A stretch of 64,000 nucleotides of DNA from Nitrospirota bacterium (GCA_963663225.1 OY760142.1:2272001-2336000), one strand, 5' to 3'. Counted from the first letter of the stretch, positions 9,122 through 19,480 are shown. Numbers and translations are program-made. Notes: generated by a model from the letters alone, not told the origin.

Positions 9122-11004
9122 CTATCCCATCCATTTTTCCTCGGCAGTCTTTGCCTGCATGCTCTTCGTAGGATCAACCGGAATTAAACATGCCTCACCT
9201 TCAATCGGAGCAACGACCGATTCACCCCAAATATCCTGTACCCGTTCTTTGATCTGGAGCAGTTCATACCAGCGTCTCATGGTTGTTACAAAAACGATTA
9301 CCATCAATACCATAATGATGATGGACAGCGCGGCGAGCAAGTATTTCCCCGTGGGGATATAGTTTTTAAAGGTGAGCAGGTAACCCGCATACATGGTCAC
9401 AAAAGCCATGAAGATGCCGGGTATTGCGGTGATCCACGCGTATTTTGCCTTCCCCAGCCTGATGATCATGGTTGTCCCGATTATCAGCGCGCTTGATGCG
9501 AGCAACTGGTTGCTCATACCGAACAGAGGCCAGATTGTCGATATTTCACCGGTATAGACGAGATAACCCCATGTACCCGTGAAGAGTGCGCTCGTTATGA
9601 TAATGCCGGGCCACCATCTCCGTTCAAGAAATTTCGGGGCAACTTTGCCGATCATTTCCTGGAGCAGAACCTGCCGACTCTCGTGCCGGTATCAACGGCA
9701 GTCAGGATGAACACGGCCTCAAACATGATGGCGAAATGGTACCAGTAGGCCATGAGATGTTTCATGAAAGGAATCGAAGAGAAAATATATGCCATACCGA
9801 CGGCCAGAGAGACGGCGCCGCCTGGTCTTCCCTGGATTTTCTCTCCTACTTCGGTTGCAAGTTCCGGGAGATTGACAACAGCCACGCCGAGCTTTTCAAA
9901 CGCTGCGGGAGCAGAATTGATCGCAAAATAATCTGCAGGAACAAGCACGCAAGCCGCTATCAGCGCCATGATGGCAACGACTCCCTCGGTGAGCATCGCT
10001 CCGTAGCCGATGAAGAGAACGTCTCGTTCGTTCCCGATCATTTTGGGTGTCGTTCCCGATCCGATAATGGCATGGAATCCGGACAATGCGCCGCAGGCGA
10101 TTGTAATGAAGACAAACGGGAAAACAGGCCCCGAAAGGACCGGACCGCCGCCGTTTATAAACTGGGTCAATGCGGGCATCTGAAAATCAGGATGCACGAC
10201 AAATATACCCATGATAAGCGCAGCGACTGTTCCTATCTTCAAATACGTTGAAAGATAGTCTCTTGGACAGAGGAGCATCCAGACTGGGAGCACCGAAGCG
10301 ATAAATCCATAGGCCGGGATGATGAGTGAAATCTGTTTCTTTGAAAGAGTAAATATTGATGACAGGGTGGGGTCTGCCGCAACATACGGACCGGCAAGAA
10401 TCGCGAGGAAAAGAAGTATAACACCCATGGTGCTTCCACCCTTGATGTCGCCGGGCCGTATTTTATACATCCAGAGTCCCATCATGAGCGCAATCGGCAT
10501 GGTGGCAAACACGGTAAAGGTTCCCCAGGCGCTTTCGAACATTGCGTTCACGACCGCGAGAGAAAGTCCGGCAAGGGTCAGAAGCAGGATAAAGAGGAAG
10601 GCGACCGAAGCGGCAGCACCGCAGGCTTTACCTACTTCGCTTTCCGCAATTTTCGAGAGGCTTCTGCCTTTGTGCCTGACAGAGGCAAAAAGCACCACCA
10701 TATCATGGACCGACCCTGCCAGCACGCATCCGATAAGGATCCAGAGGGCGCCCGGCAGATAGCCGAATTGTGCTGCAAGCACCGGGCCGAGAAGCGGCCC
10801 GGCCGCGGCGATGGCTGCAAAATGATGGCCGAACAGAACGAACTTATTGGTTTTCACATAATCAACTCCGTCCGCACATGATATGGATGGTGTTGGACGG
10901 TCCTGCCTCAGTCCCAGGACTTTGTTCGCGATGAACAAGCCGTAGAATCTGTAGGCGATGGCAAAAAGGCACAGCGCAACAAAAACTAACGTCAATGCAT
11001 TCAT
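9122..11004 (-). pseudogene. cstA: Carbon starvation protein A / BtsT-like pyruvate or peptide transporter, split by a 1-nt deletion near 9667
   Basis: GHHFAAIAAAGPLLGP, TIACGALSGFH and DTGTRVGRF are in ORF 9652-11004; IWPLFGMSNQLLA is in ORF 9122-9655. Adding one C (TTC[C]TGCTCCAGGAAATG) restores RFLLQEMIGK. Confidence 0.85.
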
Positions 11005-11121
11005 AAAAAATCCTCCCTTCGTAGATTTGGAATTTAAAAATTAAGTTTGTTTGCAGCCTATAACGTATAAGAAAAACAGGATAAAAAAATAAAAAATGAC
11101 AAACGATGTTTTGGAACGTAT

Positions 11122-11150
11122 ATTGCGGTAAGCTTTGAGCCGTGAGTGGT
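11122..11150 (-). promoter_or_regulatory. LytTR (BtsR/YehT-type) direct-repeat binding site upstream of cstA
   Basis: Minus strand reads ACCACTCA-13 bp-ACCGCAAT; the E. coli BtsR site is ACC(G/A)CT(C/T)A twice with a 13-bp spacer. Confidence 0.65.
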
Positions 11151-11367
11151 TGGTGTATCGGGGTTCAGTTTCCGGCGCTGTTGGATGCACCAGTTTCTTC
11201 ATGAAAACAGTTTATATTAAATCAAGACAAAAAGCAATAAAAAATACAGAATGTGTTTTTAGGATGCAGAAAGAAAAGCGTGTGACGTCTGTGATGCCGG
11301 ATTGACAAACGTGGCAGTTGTAGGCGCGGCAGTCGTTTCACTGCGGCAAGCCGATATACTGTGTCTA

Positions 11368-12129
11368 TCAGATTTCGAAGTATTGTTTAAGGTCTTTTAC
11401 GTTATATCTGCTGACAAGTGCTTCTGTCCTTTCCTTGTCGTCCATGGTCAGCTTATAACTGCCGTTGAACCAGGGTGTCACTTCCAGGACATGGTTGATG
11501 TTCACCAGAAAACTCCGGTGGGTCCTGACAAAACCGTAGGGAAGGAGTTTTTGCTCCAGTTCATGCATGGGGGACTTCATCTTGTATTTTTTTTCACTGG
11601 TGTAGGCGAATGGCTCCCCGTTTTGGCACCGGATAAACAGGATTTTGTCAGGTGAGGTGGGAATGATTTTTTCACCTTTGAAAAGCAGTATCCGTTTTGT
11701 CGACTCGGACGCCGGTTCGCTTTTGTGCCCCTGGTTTCTGAGCAGGTCGATGGCCTTCAAAGGAACCTGCGCCAAAAACTTTTTTGCTTTTGCGATGGAT
11801 TTGCCGACGCGTTCGGCGGAGAACGGTTTCAGAATATAATCAAATGCCTCCACCTCAAACGCTTCGACAGCATACTCCTGGAATGCCGTGGCGAAGATGA
11901 GAAGAGGCTTGTGGGGTGATTCAGACAGGATGCGGGATACTTCCAGACCGTCAAGTCCCGGCATTTGAATATCCAAAAAAACCACGTCCGGTCTGGTTTC
12001 GCGAACGCCCTTCAGACCCGCCGCGCCGGCAGATGCTTCCCCGACCACTGCCACATCGTCGATTTGACCGAGCAGATATTTTAGTTCCCGTCTTGCAGGA
12101 GATTCATCATCAATGATAAAGACATTCAT
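11368..12129 (-). CDS. LytTR-family response regulator (LytT/BtsR-like)
   Basis: IIDDE, FLDIQMP, FATAF, DYILKP and LytTR motif FVRTHRSFLVN. Confidence 0.93.
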   Translation of the reverse strand: MNVFIIDDESPARRELKYLLGQIDDVAVVGEASAGAAGLKGVRETRPDVVFLDIQMPGLDGLEVSRILSESPHKPLLIFATAFQEYAVEAFEVEAFDYILKPFSAERVGKSIAKAKKFLAQVPLKAIDLLRNQGHKSEPASESTKRILLFKGEKIIPTSPDKILFIRCQNGEPFAYTSEKKYKMKSPMHELEQKLLPYGFVRTHRSFLVNINHVLEVTPWFNGSYKLTMDDKERTEALVSRYNVKDLKQYFEI

Positions 12130-12138
12130 GACCGCTCC

Positions 12139-13830
12139 TTAAACTGGAATGGTGAACGATACGGTTGTTCCTTTCATCGGCTTGCTTTGAATGGTGAGCA
12201 TGTGTTCTGTTCCGTAGAGCGCCGCCAGCCGCATTGTTACGTTTTTGAGCGCAATGCCGGCGCCGTTTCTCTTCGAACTTGCAGGTTTTTCAGAAAAAAG
12301 GGTGCTGAGCAATTCCTGTGACATGCCCACGCCGTTGTCGCGGACATAGATTCGTACAGATCGGTTTTCGCGGTATGCTCCGATAATGATTTCTCCGGCG
12401 TCTTCTTTTTGAAGAATACCGTGTTTCAGCGCGTTCTCGACCAGCGGCTGCAGCGTGAGGGGAGGGAGTTTGCAATCCAGTACGTCAGGGGCGATATCAT
12501 ACTTGACCTTGATCCTGTCCTCGAAGCGGGCCTTCTCGATTCCGATATAGGCCTCGCAATGTTCGATTTCCCGGGCGAGCGGCACATTCTCCGTTCCGGG
12601 GTTGATATTGCTCCTGAAAAAGTTGGCGAGCTTTACGAGCAGATCCGTTGCCGTTTGCGGGCTTGTCCGCGTATAGCTGATGATCGTGTTGATCGCATTA
12701 AACAGGAAATGTGGATTGATTTGTGCCTGCAGGGCCCTGATTTCCGCATCGTTCAACAGTTTGCGCTGGTTGTCGATTTCGGCCAGTTCAAGCTGGTTTG
12801 AAAAAAGATGGGCGAGGCCGTTTGCCAGCTCTATATCGAGGGAACTGATGCCGTTTTCCTTGACGCGATAAAGCTTCAGTGCGCCGACGGTTTTTCCGCT
12901 TCGTCTCAGCGGGACGATGATCGATGAACTGAGTTTGCAATCGCTGTTCCGGCATCCTATTTCTTCCTTGCGGGAAGAAATGCGTATTTTATCTTCTAAA
13001 ATTGCATATTTTGCTGAGGCGGTCAACAACGGTTCATGTGGTTTGTGATGGTCTTCGCCGATGCCTTTGTGCGTAAGAATTGTCGATTCATCGGTGATCG
13101 AAACCGCGTCGAGGTCCGACATCTCCAGAATAATCCGTGCCGTCTCTGAAGCCGATGATTGGTTCAGCCCTCCTCGCAGAAACGGCAGCGTCTTGAGGGC
13201 GATCTTGAGTGCAGTCTGTGCCTGGAAGGCGGCAACCCGCTCCTGTTCGCGGGAAACGGTGGAGATCAGTTCAATAAACAAAGCCAGACCGATGGAATTT
13301 ACGATTATCATGGGGAACCCCATGACATGCACGAGGTTTACCGCGGCCTCGAACGGACGTGAGAAGAGAAGAATAATGATCATTTCTACGGCTTCTACGA
13401 CACAGCCCGTGAGCAGGGCCGCCAAAGGATCAAAGGATTTTTTTTTGAGTTTTTGATACAGAACGCCGCCGATAAGGCCCACCACAACCGTTGCAATGCC
13501 GCAGGAGAACGCGGTGAAGCCGCCGATATCAGTCAGATACCGATGGCCTCCGGCAATAACCCCTGCCGCAAAACCCACAAGAGGCCCCCCCAGGATTCCT
13601 CCCAGTGCGACACCGACAATCCTGGAGTTCGCAATGGCATTTTGTACCGGCACCCCCAGATAGGTTCCCGCTATCCCGAATAAACCAAAAATGACGGAGA
13701 GAAACAGTTTTTCATAGCGGGAAGCTTTTCCCGTCAGGAGCTTTTTTACCACGTCAAAGCGCATGAGTAAAATGAACACGATGGCAAATATCCCAAGCCG
13801 CTCCATGAGTTGAATCAAAAGCTGGATCAT
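12139..13830 (-). CDS. LytS/BtsS-family sensor histidine kinase
   Basis: 5TM-5TMR N-terminus (IANSR), GAF region, ALQAQINPHFLFNAIN, LQPLVENALKHG, DNGVGM. Confidence 0.93.
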   Translation of the reverse strand: MIQLLIQLMERLGIFAIVFILLMRFDVVKKLLTGKASRYEKLFLSVIFGLFGIAGTYLGVPVQNAIANSRIVGVALGGILGGPLVGFAAGVIAGGHRYLTDIGGFTAFSCGIATVVVGLIGGVLYQKLKKKSFDPLAALLTGCVVEAVEMIIILLFSRPFEAAVNLVHVMGFPMIIVNSIGLALFIELISTVSREQERVAAFQAQTALKIALKTLPFLRGGLNQSSASETARIILEMSDLDAVSITDESTILTHKGIGEDHHKPHEPLLTASAKYAILEDKIRISSRKEEIGCRNSDCKLSSSIIVPLRRSGKTVGALKLYRVKENGISSLDIELANGLAHLFSNQLELAEIDNQRKLLNDAEIRALQAQINPHFLFNAINTIISYTRTSPQTATDLLVKLANFFRSNINPGTENVPLAREIEHCEAYIGIEKARFEDRIKVKYDIAPDVLDCKLPPLTLQPLVENALKHGILQKEDAGEIIIGAYRENRSVRIYVRDNGVGMSQELLSTLFSEKPASSKRNGAGIALKNVTMRLAALYGTEHMLTIQSKPMKGTTVSFTIPV

Positions 13831-14126
13831 GTTTAACTGGTTTTCTCCCGGGTTTTCTGCTCCACGAAAATTGTGTTAAAACGAAATTTTATTGACCGTA
13901 TCATACCATGTTTTGCTGTCGAAAAAAACAGAGAAAATGCATTGAGAAGTCCATATTTATTATCAAGGCCCCATAGTTATGTCGGTTTGCGGCGCAGTTT
14001 GCTCTCACAGCAGCTTTTTTATAGAGTATGGATAAAAAAATGGAAAATAGTTGCAACGATGATTGGGATATTGTATATTCCAAAAAGATGATTGCTGAAA
14101 ATCACCAGAGCAAGAGGAGCGGAAAA

Positions 14127-15239
14127 ATGATGCGGGTTGGTTTTATCGGATGGCGAGGAATGGTCGGTTCTGTGCTTATGAGCCGTATGCTCGCAGAAAA
14201 AGACTTTGAGCTTATTGAACCGGTTTTTTTTACAACGTCAAATGTCGGAGGGAAGGGGCCGAATGTTGGGAAGGATATTCCGGCACTTCACGACGCAAAG
14301 AATATTGAAGCGCTTGCGGCAATGGACGCCCTCGTGTCCTGCCAGGGCGGTGATTATACTACAGACATATTTCCAAAACTGCGTGCGGCAGGATGGAAGG
14401 GGTTTTGGATCGACGCCGCGTCCGCGCTGCGTATGGAAAAAGATGCAATTATCATTCTTGATCCTGTCAATCTTGCGGTGATTCAAAACGGTTTGGCAAA
14501 AGGCATCCGAAACTATATCGGTGGAAACTGCACGGTGTCGCTCATGCTTATGGCGCTGGGAGGGCTGTACCAGCAGGGAGTGGTGGAATGGATGAGTGCT
14601 ATGACGTACCAGGCAGCATCCGGTGCGGGTGCCAACAATATGCGCGAACTGCTTGAACAGATGGGCACGGTTTACGGGGCGGCAAAAAACCTGTTGCATG
14701 ATCCGGCTTCAGCGATCCTTGATATCGACCGGCATGTTACCGATGCTCTTCGGGACGGGAATTTTCCCAAAAAATATTTCGGAGTTCCGCTTGCAGGATC
14801 GCTCATCCCCTGGATTGATAAACAATTAGAAAACGGACAGAGCAGGGAAGAATGGAAAGGGCAGGCGGAAACGAACAAGATTCTCGGACGGGAGGATAAT
14901 CCGGTTCCTGTTGACGGTCTCTGTGTGCGCATCGGTGCCATGCGTTGCCACAGCCAGGCGCTTACCATAAAGCTCAAGAAGGACATTCCTCTGGATGAGA
15001 TTTCGGACATGATTATAAAGAGCAACCAGTGGGTGGCGGTGGTTCCGAATCAGCGCGAGGCGACCATTCGTGAACTCACTCCTGCCGTCGTGTCCGGCAC
15101 CCTTGCCGTGCCTGTCGGTCGTTTGCGAAAAATGAACATGGGGCCACAATACCTGTCTGCTTTTACCTGCGGAGACCAACTTCTCTGGGGTGCGGCGGAG
15201 CCATTGCGCCGCATGCTCCGTATTCTTGTGGAAAAATAG
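14127..15239 (+). CDS. asd: Aspartate-semialdehyde dehydrogenase (E. coli-type)
   Basis: [48 protein letters not shown]; SD GAGGAG. Confidence 0.95.
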   Translation: MMRVGFIGWRGMVGSVLMSRMLAEKDFELIEPVFFTTSNVGGKGPNVGKDIPALHDAKNIEALAAMDALVSCQGGDYTTDIFPKLRAAGWKGFWIDAASALRMEKDAIIILDPVNLAVIQNGLAKGIRNYIGGNCTVSLMLMALGGLYQQGVVEWMSAMTYQAASGAGANNMRELLEQMGTVYGAAKNLLHDPASAILDIDRHVTDALRDGNFPKKYFGVPLAGSLIPWIDKQLENGQSREEWKGQAETNKILGREDNPVPVDGLCVRIGAMRCHSQALTIKLKKDIPLDEISDMIIKSNQWVAVVPNQREATIRELTPAVVSGTLAVPVGRLRKMNMGPQYLSAFTCGDQLLWGAAEPLRRMLRILVEK

Positions 15240-15337
15240 AAATAATGTAAGAGTAAGTTGCGGCAAACTTGGGCGCAGGTACCAAAGAGATGGGTTTTCT
15301 GCGCCAATATGCTGCTTTATTTTGAGGGGCTGGAATT

Positions 15338-16351
15338 ATGCTGAAAAAGAAACATCAGTATGTCGTTGCCATTGTGGGCGCCACCGGCGAAGTTGGCAGG
15401 GAGATAACAGAAGTCCTTGAAGAAAGCACTTTTCCTGTAAGTGAGCTGGTGTTCCTTGCCTCGGAGCGATCGGAAGGGGAAAAAATTGAATTCCGCGGAG
15501 AAGGACGGTCGGTCAAAAGATTGACCAAGACTTCTTTTGCCGGTGTGGACATCGTTTTTTTCGCGGCAGGTGATTTATGCAGCGTCGAGTTTGCTCCCGT
15601 TGCCGTGCAGTCAGGCGCTGTGGTGATTGATTGCTCGAACGCATTTCGTTTGGAACCGACTGTGCCGCTTATCGTGCCGGAAGTAAACGCCCATGCCGTG
15701 GCCGCTCATGCCGGAATTATTGCCAGTCCGAGCTGCTCTGCTGTCGGTCTGGCAACAGTAATAAAGCCGATCCATCAAGTATCAAAAATAAAGAGAATAG
15801 TCATGACTACGCTTCAATCTGTGTCAGGAGCAGGGAGAAAAGCAGTCGATGAACTTGCCGGCCAGACCGTGGCACTCCTGAATTTCCGTGAAATTAAAAA
15901 AAACGCCTATCCGCATCAGATAGCATTTAACTGCATTCCACAGGTTGGCGCTGAACTGGAAAGCGGTTATACCTCGGAAGAGAGAGACGTTATGAATGAA
16001 ACCGCGAAGATCATGGAGGATGATTCCCTGCAGGTGACGGCGACGGCGGTGCGGGTGCCGGTTTTTCGCGGACTTTCCGGATCGGTAAATATCGAATTAG
16101 AAAGCAAAACGACGGCAAATGAGATACGTTCAATTTTGTCTGCTGCGGCTGGTGTTGTCGTATATGATGATTTGAAAAGAAATATCTATCCCATGCCGAT
16201 TGATGTTATAGGGAAAAAAGAGGTTTATATAGGCAGGATCAGGGAAGATGAAACAATTCCAAACGGAATGAACCTGTGGTTTTCGTTGGACGACGTTCGC
16301 AGAGGTGCAGCATTAAATATGGTGCACATAGCGGAGCTTCTCATCCAATAG
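15338..16351 (+). CDS. Second Asd homologue (Usg-like, possibly inactive)
   Basis: GATGEVG, VPEVN, QSVSGAG, QIAFNCIP; SPSCSA replaces NPNCST and RVPVFRGLS lacks the catalytic His. Confidence 0.85.
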   Translation: MLKKKHQYVVAIVGATGEVGREITEVLEESTFPVSELVFLASERSEGEKIEFRGEGRSVKRLTKTSFAGVDIVFFAAGDLCSVEFAPVAVQSGAVVIDCSNAFRLEPTVPLIVPEVNAHAVAAHAGIIASPSCSAVGLATVIKPIHQVSKIKRIVMTTLQSVSGAGRKAVDELAGQTVALLNFREIKKNAYPHQIAFNCIPQVGAELESGYTSEERDVMNETAKIMEDDSLQVTATAVRVPVFRGLSGSVNIELESKTTANEIRSILSAAAGVVVYDDLKRNIYPMPIDVIGKKEVYIGRIREDETIPNGMNLWFSLDDVRRGAALNMVHIAELLIQ

Positions 16352-16428
16352 CTCGGTATTCGGATAGTTTTGACCTTACGGTCAGCAAAAAAACCTAATT
16401 TTCCAACCAAATAACGGCGGAATGAAAA

Positions 16429-16668
16429 TTAGGCCTTTTTTTTGCTGCTTTTTACAAAGAGTCCGTTCGGCTCAATTTTGTAAATCTTGCATAATGTCAG
16501 GAGCTTCATCAGGCTTGGATTTGTCTCTTTGCCAGACTCCAGGCGGGAGATATAGCCTTGGGTAATCCTGCCCCGGTTGTCTGTTGCGTGCTCGGACAAA
16601 CGCGCCACTTCGCTCATGGACAATTTATGCTTGATTCTTAGCTTTTTGAGTTTTTCGGCGAGTATCAT
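16429..16668 (-). CDS. XRE-family helix-turn-helix regulator (79 aa)
   Basis: LAEKLKKLR...LSMSEVA...ITQGYISRLESGKETNPS is a typical XRE HTH. Confidence 0.88.
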   Translation of the reverse strand: MILAEKLKKLRIKHKLSMSEVARLSEHATDNRGRITQGYISRLESGKETNPSLMKLLTLCKIYKIEPNGLFVKSSKKKA

Positions 16669-16678
16669 ATTGATTCGA

Positions 16679-16707
16679 TTTATACCGCTCTTTTGGTATC
16701 TTGTCAA
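16679..16707 (-). promoter_or_regulatory. sigma70 promoter of the leftward XRE gene (near-leaderless)
   Basis: TTGACA-17 bp-TATAAA, ending 10 nt before ATG; no SD. Confidence 0.65.
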
Positions 16708-16850
16708 CAAAAAGATGCAGATTGTTTATTTTTTCTTTTTTTACACATTAAGGTGCAAGTTATGCTATATTATTACATTAAGCATAATTGTTCGTGATTG
16801 TGCTTAAAGATTCCGGACCGGGTAACTTATATTGGGGGGGAGGAAAGTAT

Positions 16851-17039
16851 ATGTATAAGATTGAAATTCTTGAAAAAAAACGCCTGGAAAGAGGCTTGAG
16901 CTATACGGATATTGCAGATAAACTAGGTATGCACAAGGTAACGGTTTCGAGAACGTTGCAGGGAGTTACGATGAAGCCCCGAACCGTAAAATTACTGGCG
17001 GATTACCTCGGTGTCGAGATGGATAAGATTATCCAGTGA
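16851..17039 (+). CDS. Small Cro-like HTH protein (62 aa)
   Basis: RLERGLSYTDIADKLGMHKVTVSRTL...LLADYLGV; SD GGAGG. Confidence 0.85.
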   Translation: MYKIEILEKKRLERGLSYTDIADKLGMHKVTVSRTLQGVTMKPRTVKLLADYLGVEMDKIIQ

Positions 17040-17101
17040 TTTAAAAATCTTTTTTGTGCAGCTAACGTATAAAATTATAATACTGTTGGATATTACAGTT
17101 G

Positions 17102-17140
17102 AAAACAGGGTAGGGCTTAAACGCCCTACCCTGTTTTTTT
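17102..17140 (+). terminator. Intrinsic terminator
   Basis: AAAACAGGGTAGGGC/GCCCTACCCTGTTTT stem plus T-run. Confidence 0.85.
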
Positions 17141-17317
17141 GAGATTTGGGGGAAATGTGGTATTATTTCAGGGCTATTTCTCTAAAAAAATATGTTGCGT
17201 GTGCTGTTCCATGACACATGAATATCGTCGTATGTGAACCGAATGCACTTGGTAGCTGTCTAAAGTACAGTTTTACGTTTGCGATTATGGCATTTTTTAA
17301 AATGGTGAGGATATCGA

Positions 17318-18100
17318 ATGAGTGATTTCATGACTGTTGCGCGGAATGCAGCTTACAGCGCAGGAAAAATTCTGAAAGACAACATCGCTGGGACGCGTCA
17401 GATTATTCATAAAGGAGAGATTAATCTGGTGACCGAGATGGATATGCGTTCAGAGCGGGCTGTAGTGGAAATCCTCCATTCTTTTTTCCCGGATCACGGC
17501 ATAATTGCCGAGGAAGAAACGAACATTCAGAACGGATCGGCGTTCACCTGGATTATTGACCCCCTGGATGGCACAACGAATTATGCTCATGGATATCCCT
17601 GTTTCTCCGTGTCGATCGCGCTTCAACGAGAGGGAGAGGTCATTCTCGGTGTGGTTTACGATCCTATGCGGGATGAATTGTTTTCTGCGCAAAAGGGGCG
17701 CGGGGCCGAGTTAAATGGAAGGCTGATCAAAGTTTCAAGCGTGGACAGGCTTCTTTTGAGTCTTCTTGCCACAGGCTTTCCCTATGATCGTAAGACGAGT
17801 GAAAAAAATAATTTAAAATACTTTCGCGAACTCCTTATGGCATCTCAGGAAGTACGTCGGGATGGCTCCGCTGCGCTGGATCTCTGTTCGGTGGCATGCG
17901 GACGATTTGATGGATTTTGGGAGCTAAAACTGAAACCCTGGGACGTAGCTGCCGGAAGTGTTATTGTTCGGGAAGCTGGCGGTGTCATCTCTAATTTTTC
18001 CGGCAGCAGCTTCAGCTTGCATGAGGAAGAGATTCTGGCGAGCAACGGCAAGATACACGGCCAGATGCTGGAGATACTGAACAACATTGGGAAAAACTAG
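17318..18100 (+). CDS. suhB: Inositol monophosphatase family protein
   Basis: WIIDPLDGTTNYAHG, TGFPYD, RRDGSAALDL, KPWDVAAG. Confidence 0.92.
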   Translation: MSDFMTVARNAAYSAGKILKDNIAGTRQIIHKGEINLVTEMDMRSERAVVEILHSFFPDHGIIAEEETNIQNGSAFTWIIDPLDGTTNYAHGYPCFSVSIALQREGEVILGVVYDPMRDELFSAQKGRGAELNGRLIKVSSVDRLLLSLLATGFPYDRKTSEKNNLKYFRELLMASQEVRRDGSAALDLCSVACGRFDGFWELKLKPWDVAAGSVIVREAGGVISNFSGSSFSLHEEEILASNGKIHGQMLEILNNIGKN

Positions 18101-18115
18101 AAATCCGTCGTCAGC

Positions 18116-19228
18116 TTAAAAGTTATCCACTACGTCCTTTAATGTTTTTATTCCCCAGGTCAACTGCTCGGTTTTGCAGGCAGGAAAGGTCAGTCGAATC
18201 CACAAACCGGCCTTTCGTTTTTCTTCCAGCAAATTAGGCGCAACGGTACCCCAGCCTTCGGCGATGTTGACACCTGCCTCTTTGGCTGCATTCAGAAAGT
18301 TTTTTTCCTTATCACGGGTTATTTTTTGCAGACTGATTGTGGCAAAAAACCCCCCCGCAAGCTTCGTGGAATAAGCACCGGGGAAATGAGTCTGCAGAGA
18401 AATATTCAGCGCGTCCATTTTGGGTTTGTAGAGACCGAGCAAGTATTCAAGATAGGCGGCATACTTGCCTGTTTCCATAAAATCAGCTATGAACGCCTGG
18501 GTCGGCAGGTTAGGATTCAACCGGGTATTACTTACGATTTTTTCCATGTGGTCCAATTTATTTTTTGGAAGAACCAGATAGCCGCACTTCGTGCCGGGGG
18601 AAATGGTTTTTGTGAATGAATTCATAAGAACAGGCCCTTCTTCTGAAACATACACCGGGTCGTTCTTGTTTGTATCGTAGCGCAGGGCTTCATAGCAAAT
18701 ATCCCATGCACACAGCATACCGTGTTTTTTGCACAATTCTTCCACGGCCGCGCGGTTTTCCGCGGTATAGGTAATGCCTGTAGGATTATGATGGTAGGGG
18801 ATGCCGTAGAAAGCGGCGGCGGATACGTTCTTCGCTTGAGCTTTTAAATCGTCGATATCCAATCCTTCAGCGGTCATTTTGATTCCGACCAGTTTATGAC
18901 CGTACTGCAATGCATCGAAGATGACCCGATCATACGTCGTTTCTTCAATCAGGATGACGCTTTCTCTCGGCAGAGCTTTGAAAAAAAGGGAAATGACCTC
19001 CATTCCGCCATTGCCGACAATGACTCTCGACGGATCGACACTGTGCATGTTGCCGAGAATCTCCCTCAGCTGACGGAACCCTGAAAAATGTCCATATTGG
19101 AGCACTTCGATGCCGTAACGCTTCCAGACTTTTTCGTATCCTTCGGATACCATGGGCAGAAGATGGGATAGCGCTTCTTCTGCCGGAACGCCACGCAGGA
19201 AATTTGCTGTCATAGGTTTTTGATTCAC
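18116..19228 (-). CDS. PLP-dependent aminotransferase class I/II (MocR/LysN-like, no HTH)
   Basis: NFLRGVP, YHHNPTG, DICY, SFTKTISPG; SD GAGGT before GTG. Confidence 0.85.
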   Translation of the reverse strand: MNQKPMTANFLRGVPAEEALSHLLPMVSEGYEKVWKRYGIEVLQYGHFSGFRQLREILGNMHSVDPSRVIVGNGGMEVISLFFKALPRESVILIEETTYDRVIFDALQYGHKLVGIKMTAEGLDIDDLKAQAKNVSAAAFYGIPYHHNPTGITYTAENRAAVEELCKKHGMLCAWDICYEALRYDTNKNDPVYVSEEGPVLMNSFTKTISPGTKCGYLVLPKNKLDHMEKIVSNTRLNPNLPTQAFIADFMETGKYAAYLEYLLGLYKPKMDALNISLQTHFPGAYSTKLAGGFFATISLQKITRDKEKNFLNAAKEAGVNIAEGWGTVAPNLLEEKRKAGLWIRLTFPACKTEQLTWGIKTLKDVVDNF

Positions 19229-19452
19229 GGCAACACCTCATGAGATTAGAGATTTACTGAAAGTTTTAGGATTTTATCCATTTTTTATGGCGATGTCAAG
19301 AACCGGCAAAATAATAGAGGAAAAGAATTCCGATACATTTTTTCGGGGCCTTCAGAGCGTGATTTTCCAATGTTAAAAGATTGAAGCTTGACTTTCTTTT
19401 CTTTCTTCTCTATTCTTAAAAAAAATCGTAAAGCATAGCAATAAGGGTCTAT

Positions 19453-19480
19453 TCGCTATAAAATCTGCTGCTAAAAGCGA
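19453..19480 (+). promoter_or_regulatory. ModE-like palindromic operator
   Basis: TCGCTATAAA-N8-CTAAAAGCGA resembles the ModE box CGYTATAT...ATATARCG and lies just upstream of W/Mo-binding genes. Confidence 0.55.

Noticed and set aside
13950-14020. c-di-GMP-I-like GCAAAC strings upstream of lytS, or a lysine riboswitch before asd
   Set aside because: The GNRA stem and second hairpin are missing, and no lysine aptamer motifs are present.
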